Part shown: positions 58,171 to 63,956 of the stretch, piece after piece
Layout: each line of letters starts with the position of its first letter
How positions within the stretch are numbered: position 1 is the stretch's first letter
Assembly: GCF_006345805.1 (NCBI RefSeq)
Contig: NC_043001.1
Location: forward strand, 130,200,045 to 130,264,000
From: Octopus sinensis
Taxonomy: Eukaryota
Reading direction: 5' to 3'
Length of the DNA: 63,956 nucleotides
Notes under the pieces: model-generated
The model's database searches: none
Told to the model about the DNA's origin: nothing
The model's input: only the letters and a program-made list of their open reading frames with translations
Program-made: the position numbers and the translations under genes

Positions 58171-58587
58171 ATTGTATTTCTGGTTGGTCATTTTTTTTGT
58201 CAAATAAACACATGCATTATATATTCATTCTTCACTCATTTATAACTGTTCTTGTTTTAACTCATGTCCATATATTTATATATAAGATATGCATTTTGTA
58301 TATGCAGATGTAAGTAGTACCCTTTGATTTCTTTTCTTTATGCAACTTTCTGCAAATTCCTGAGATTTGTGTTTGCATCCAAAATGGAGCTGAACACCAT
58401 TCCTCCATGTGATCGGCTTGAAAAATTGTTAGGCTATTAAGATACTTTTCCTTGAAGCCCTGGTAGGGTAGCTGAACATGTGCTATGCCTTGCCAAAGGG
58501 CAACTTGTAACTATGCAGAGCATTGTCATCACACCTTGGAGTATTTTCAAAATACCTGCATACCCAAATGTAAATATATATATATAT

Positions 58588-58995
58588 GGGCATAGGAGTG
58601 GCTGAATGATAAGTAGCTTGCTTACAAACCACATTGTTCATGGTTCAGTCCCACTGCGTGGCACCTTGGGCAAGTGTTTTCTATTATAGCCTTGGGCCGA
58701 CTAAAGCCTTGTGAGTGGATTTAGTATAAGGAAACTGAAAGAATCCCATCGTATATATGTATATATACATGTATATATGTGCGTGTATATATTTGTGTGT
58801 CTGTGTTTGTCTCCCCAACATCGCTTGACAACCGATGCTGGTGTGTTTACGTCCCCGTAACTTAGTGATCCAACAAAAGAGACTGATAGAATAAGTACTA
58901 GGCTTACAAAGAATTAGTCCTTGGGTTGATTTACTCGAGTAAAAGCGGTGCTCCAGCATGGCCACAGTCAAATGACTGAAGCAAGTAAAAGAGTA
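58588..58995 (+). mobile_element. SINE family D
   Basis: Full-length copy. Others lie at ~3567-3845, 21262-21410, 22968-23128, 30470-30880, 52758-53155 and 53805-54200. Confidence 0.85.
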
Positions 58996-59153
58996 TATAT
59001 ACATATTTTAAACTCTCCTAAACCTTTAATTTTATATTTTTACCAAAAGATTGTCAAAACCAGTTTCATATTTGAATAAATCGCTGTCAAAATTTAAAAA
59101 ATGACCACACTTTTTGAGATTCAGGTGAATTTTCAAACACCTAAGCAAATTCT

Positions 59154-59192
<39 letters not shown>

Positions 59193-59235
59193 AAAAAAAT
59201 GTATATATATATATGTATGTATATATATATACACA

Positions 59236-59473
59236 CAGGGTTGGCCAAAAGTCACCTGACAGTAAATCAAAGTCAACCAACCCCAAGATTAAAACAAAAA
59301 AATTGTTTTATATGAGTCTTCGCTAATAAATAGTCAAATGTTGAAAAAATAAACGGTAATTTTATCTCACAATATTCAATTATTAAACATTCATAATTGG
59401 AATGAATAAATGAAATTGGATGTCATGTATTTTGGGAATTTTGATTTACTGTTGTGTGACTCTTAGTCAACCC

Positions 59474-59475
<2 letters not shown>
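59236..59475. mobile_element. Tc1/mariner-type MITE
   Basis: ~36-bp imperfect TIRs cagggttggccaaaagtcacctgacagtaaatcaaa / tttgatttactgttgtgtgactcttagtcaaccctg. TA on the right flank; sits in TA/CA repeats. Confidence 0.8.
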
Positions 59476-59515
<40 letters not shown>

Positions 59516-60563
59516 CATTTAGCAGAAGCAACAACGTGACTCAAGGTCTGATAATTTCATGCATTGGCACTCTGCCAACGCATGAGACTCTTGGATTATC
59601 AGTCACTTTGTTGCTTGTGCTAAATATTAATAAAAATATACATATGCACGAATTTTGAATTCTATTTTTTCTGTATGTGTCAGCAGAGCTATATATACAC
59701 ATATAAATATACACACATAAATATATATGTGTATAGACATATTGCAAGTGAAAGAAAACGTTCCCATATTTTATACAGCCAGTGGTGTGGCACTAGATAA
59801 GTTCAGATGGTATCAGTTTCTTCATATAGCAAATGCCTTCTCATTTCTGTGTTCAAGTCACACCGTGGTTTGAACTAGTATGCAGTGAGTAGTATGCGTG
59901 TGTTGTTGCAATGTTTTATGGTGAATATAAGGGGTTAATTTTTGCTGCATAATGTATTATTGTCTATAGAAAATACTGATAAAATTTGATGGTGATGTTG
60001 GTGATGATGATGATGATGATGATTTAAATAGTACTGATGATTGCAATGCTGATGGAAATATTGATGATTTAGCACTTTCTTTAAAATGTATAAAAAGCGT
60101 AAAGTACTTTTTACTGAAAACAAATTAATAAAAATGAAAAAAATTTTTTTTTTTAAATTTCCAAGAATGAAGAACAGAAAAATAACAGAAGACAGAATGA
60201 AAATACAAAGCAGCAAAACGGAAAAAAAATCTTATCAAAAATTAAATAAATAAATATAATTTTATAATAAAAATAAGCAAAGCTAATGGTATATAAAACT
60301 GTAATTCTACAATCCTATGTATTCTATAAAACATGATGTTGTGCAGAGGAGCATTCTACATGGATGGCTCCTTATATTTTATAGTGTTTCTCTTCCAAAA
60401 CACTGGTTTATGAGTCTGTGATATTAAAAAAATAATGTTTAAATGTTGACTGTATCTATTCATTGATATTTATTTAGCTGTAGTTTTGAATAATTTCTTC
60501 TATTTTGGGGAATAATTCTTGCAGAATACTAATAGATTATTTGAAAAGGAAGGATTGGTCTTT

Positions 60564-60625
<62 letters not shown>

Positions 60626-60701
60626 TTCTTAAAAATGTACAAGACAAATATTTCCATTTCAATTTACTTTCTTAACATATATATGTAAATTCACAGACAC
60701 A

Positions 60702-60752
<51 letters not shown>

Positions 60753-60892
60753 ATACATATATATATATATATCTATATATATATATATATGTATATATAT
60801 ATGTATATATATATGTATATATGTATATTATATATATATATATAATATATGTATATATGTATATATGTATATTATATATATATATATATATA

Positions 60893-60933
<41 letters not shown>

Positions 60934-61471
60934 CATATATATATGTATATAGTCTATTCAGTTTCTTCTTTCAAATGTTGATATAAAGAAGGAATTGGAT
61001 TCTGCTGAAGAAACCAGTTCGTTCTCCATATCAACATTAAGAAACAAAGGTCCAGCATTTTATTGTTGATAGCAACAGTAAAGTGTTGAATACAGTATTT
61101 ATGTGTATGAATGATGTGTGTTTATACATGTGTGTGCTTGTACATATATACACATATATATATAGATATATATATATATGTGTGTGTGTGTGCGTGTATG
61201 TGTATAAAATGATGATGTGACTGTGTGTATGTGCAGATGTGTGTGTCTGTAAACATATATATATATTTATTTAAAAGTCTTTGTGAAAATTACTTGATAC
61301 AGATTTACTAAGTATAAAAAAGATTTATTTTTTATTTCTTTTAAATATATATATATATATATATATATATTTATTATTTATTTATTTATATTTACATATA
61401 TATATATATATTTATTTATTTATATTTACATATATATATATATATTTATTTATTTATATTTACATATATAT

Positions 61472-61762
61472 ATCACCGTGATCACTGTGACCGACCAGGC
61501 TATCAGATGTTGCTACACATCGCTGGTCACAATGCTCTTTGCATTGTTTTAGCCTTCAAGTGATGCCACCCTGCTGGCTAAGTGAGCAGGCCAACAGAAG
61601 AAAGAGTGAGAGAAAGTTGTGGTGAAAGAGTACAGCAGGGATCACCACCACCCCCTGCCGGAGCCTCGTGGAGCTTTAGGTGTTTTTGCTCAATAAACAG
61701 CCTGGGAATTGAAACTGCGATCCTACAACCGCGAGTTCGCTGCCCTAACCACTGGGCCATTA
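61472..61762 (-). mobile_element. SINE family B, tail type ii
   Basis: Reverse-complement counterpart of 46294-46586. Confidence 0.85.
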
Positions 61763-61806
61763 CACATCCACACACACACACATATATATATATAAATATA
61801 TATTTA

Positions 61807-61980
61807 TTTATTATATAGAAGGAGCTTCTACAGGACTAGAACTGTTTCATTCAAGATTTCTCTTGAATGAAACAGTTCTAGTCCTGTAGAAGCTCCTTCT
61901 ATATAATAAATTAATTTTACTCTACTATGTATTGAGTACCTTATTTACTGTGGTTAACCCCGAATCAACCCGGGACCTAC
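61807..61980. mobile_element. Fold-back element, same family as 37680-37878
   Basis: Perfect ~50-bp arms around a tttc loop and a near-identical 3' extension. Confidence 0.75.
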
Positions 61981-62475
61981 ATATATAAATATATATATAT
62001 ATGTTTAAAATATTTAACTATAGTACTACATGATAAAACTTCCCCTGTTTCATTATCAATGGTCTGCTAGTGGGTGACCCCCTTAATTGTCAGCTAACAT
62101 CTTGTTTAATTTTTCCTTTACCAAACCTCATGATATTGCTTCTAATAAATTGTGATTTTTATAACTATACCAACTATGTTGTCTGTCTGCTCCCTCAGCC
62201 CTACCCCAAACAGTTACTGCCTTCTGTTCTCTCAGCCTTAGATATGCAAGGGATTTGATAAACTAGTCTATAAATTAAAACCAACTCCATAAAACAAAAA
62301 AAATCAGTGACAGGCAGAGTCTGTAACAATGTATATCTTCTTGAAAAGCTTAGTAACTTCTATGCTGGAGTGAGACAGCATGTTCTTTGTCTATCTCCTA
62401 AACTTCTTGGAGATTTTAGTTATAATTATACTGATGTGTCCATCTGTTCTAATTTTATGAAATTCTATGTCTTTG

Positions 62476-62562
62476 TGCAGCTGAAGATTGCTCTGCATTT
62501 TAAATTGATGTAATGATTGTATTGTTCAATTAAATGGAGTTGCATGAAACGATCGTACTGCA
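62476..62562 (+). ncRNA. Type I hammerhead ribozyme motif (GUA site)
   Basis: Stem I tgcag/ctgca. CTGAAGA 62481-87. Stem II opens with a U.U mismatch, then tgc/gca and inner aattga/tcaatt. GAAA 62546-49. Palindromic stem III ACGATCGT. UA at 62556-57. Confidence 0.75.
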
Positions 62563-62599
62563 TTACCTCTGGATATCCTTGTTGCTTATTTTGATATAT

Positions 62600-62676
<77 letters not shown>

Positions 62677-63374
62677 TAGATATATATTTGCATACATTCA
62701 TACATAAAAAACTGGTTACCAGGATAAGTGTTTCAGTTGATCCCATGAATGAAACAGCCTGCTTATAAAATGAACTTTCAAGTGTCTGAAAACTCCATGA
62801 CATGCACACCTTTAATGTAGTTCTCAGGGGTATTCAGCATAACACAGAGTGTAACAAGGCTGGCCCTTCGTAAAACAGCTGCTACTGGTTTTTGCCAGCT
62901 GAGTAAGCTGAGGCAATGTGAAGTAAAGTGTCTTGCTTAAGGACACAACTCCCTGACAGAAATTGAACCTACAACCTTATAATTATCTGCCAAATACCCC
63001 CAACCACAGATGTCATACCCATAAATTCATACAAATGCATAAGATGGCTGAAGTGTTAAAAAGGTTGCTTTACTATCACAGTGATACAGGTTCAACTCCA
63101 CTGTTTGGCATTTCAAGCAATTAGCATTCTTTAAAGTCTGAGATCAATTGATCCTTCATATGTGAAATGAAACAGAAGGGAACTATTTAGGAGACTGTCA
63201 GATAGATTGTAACTGTTATTCATAATGTACAGCCTTGTCATACGGGTTACAGGGGGGAATTACATTAAGGGTACATGTGTCTGTGGAATACTCAACCACT
63301 TACATATTAATTTAGGTAATTCAGCTGGTTGAACAAATTGAATTATCACTATTGAATGATGGAAATTCATCCAT

Positions 63375-63752
63375 AGCTGTGATACCAGTGCCGGTGGCAC
63401 GTAAGCGAACCATCCGAATGTGGCCGTTGCTAGTGCCGCCCCAATGGGCCTCCATGCCGGTGGCACATAAAAAGCACCATCCGATCATGGCCGTTGCCAG
63501 CCTCGCCTGGCCCCCATGCCAGTGGCACGTAAAAAGCACCATCCAACCATACTGTTTGCCAGCCCCAACTGGCACCTGTGCCGGTGGCACGTAAAAAGCA
63601 CCAACTACACTCACGGAGTGGTTGGCGTTAGTAAGGGCATCCAGCCATAGAAACATTGCCAGATCAGACTGGGCTTGGTGCAGCCTTCTGTTGAACCGTC
63701 CAACCCATGCTAGCATGGAAAGCGGATGCTAAATGATGATGATGATGATGAT
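63375..63752 (+). mobile_element. Retroposon family C
   Basis: Repeated gccggtggcacgtaaaaagcacc subunits and a (GAT)n tail. Confidence 0.8.
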
Positions 63753-63956
63753 GTATATAAATGTGTGTGTGTAAGTATGGAGGCACATGGCTTAGTGTAA
63801 AATTGTGGTTTTGATTCCTGGACCTGGCGATACAATGTGTTCTTGAGCAAAACATTTCATTTCCTGTTGCTCCAGTCCACTCAGCTGGTAAAAATAGGTT
63901 ATCCTGCAATGAATTGGTGGTATATAAATGCCACAGAACCTGGGAAACTCGCCTTA

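Noticed and set aside
62481-62510. Apparent splice acceptor and exon after tctttgtgcag
   Set aside because: Better explained as stem I and core of the hammerhead at 62476.

Overview
AT-rich eukaryotic non-coding DNA, saturated with microsatellites and interspersed repeats. The repeat content resembles an Octopus (coleoid cephalopod) genome, which is an inference from recognising the SINE families. No intact host protein-coding gene can be supported. Almost all listed ORFs are microsatellite or SINE artefacts; the only recognisable coding remnants are two RTE-clade LINE 3' fragments and a maT/mariner transposase relic. The window holds dozens of SINE copies (about 5 families, some with target-site duplications, one in a 4-unit tandem array, one head joined to four different tails), three non-autonomous Helitrons, two MITEs, a 1.9-kb CCA-based minisatellite, and two adjacent kb-scale tandem duplications (52.1-58.2 kb). 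The most striking hidden structure is eight type-I hammerhead ribozyme motifs with intact CUGANGA/GAAA/UH cores, plus degenerate ones. They come from unrelated sequence families, nearly all have a short palindromic stem III, several have very large stem II insertions, and they sit in (TA)n-flanked segments often arranged as long inverted repeats. This is the signature of Penelope-like retroelement pseudo-LTRs or retrozyme-like elements. Three fold-back palindromes are centred inside a hammerhead. All structures were folded by eye and need computational and biochemical confirmation.
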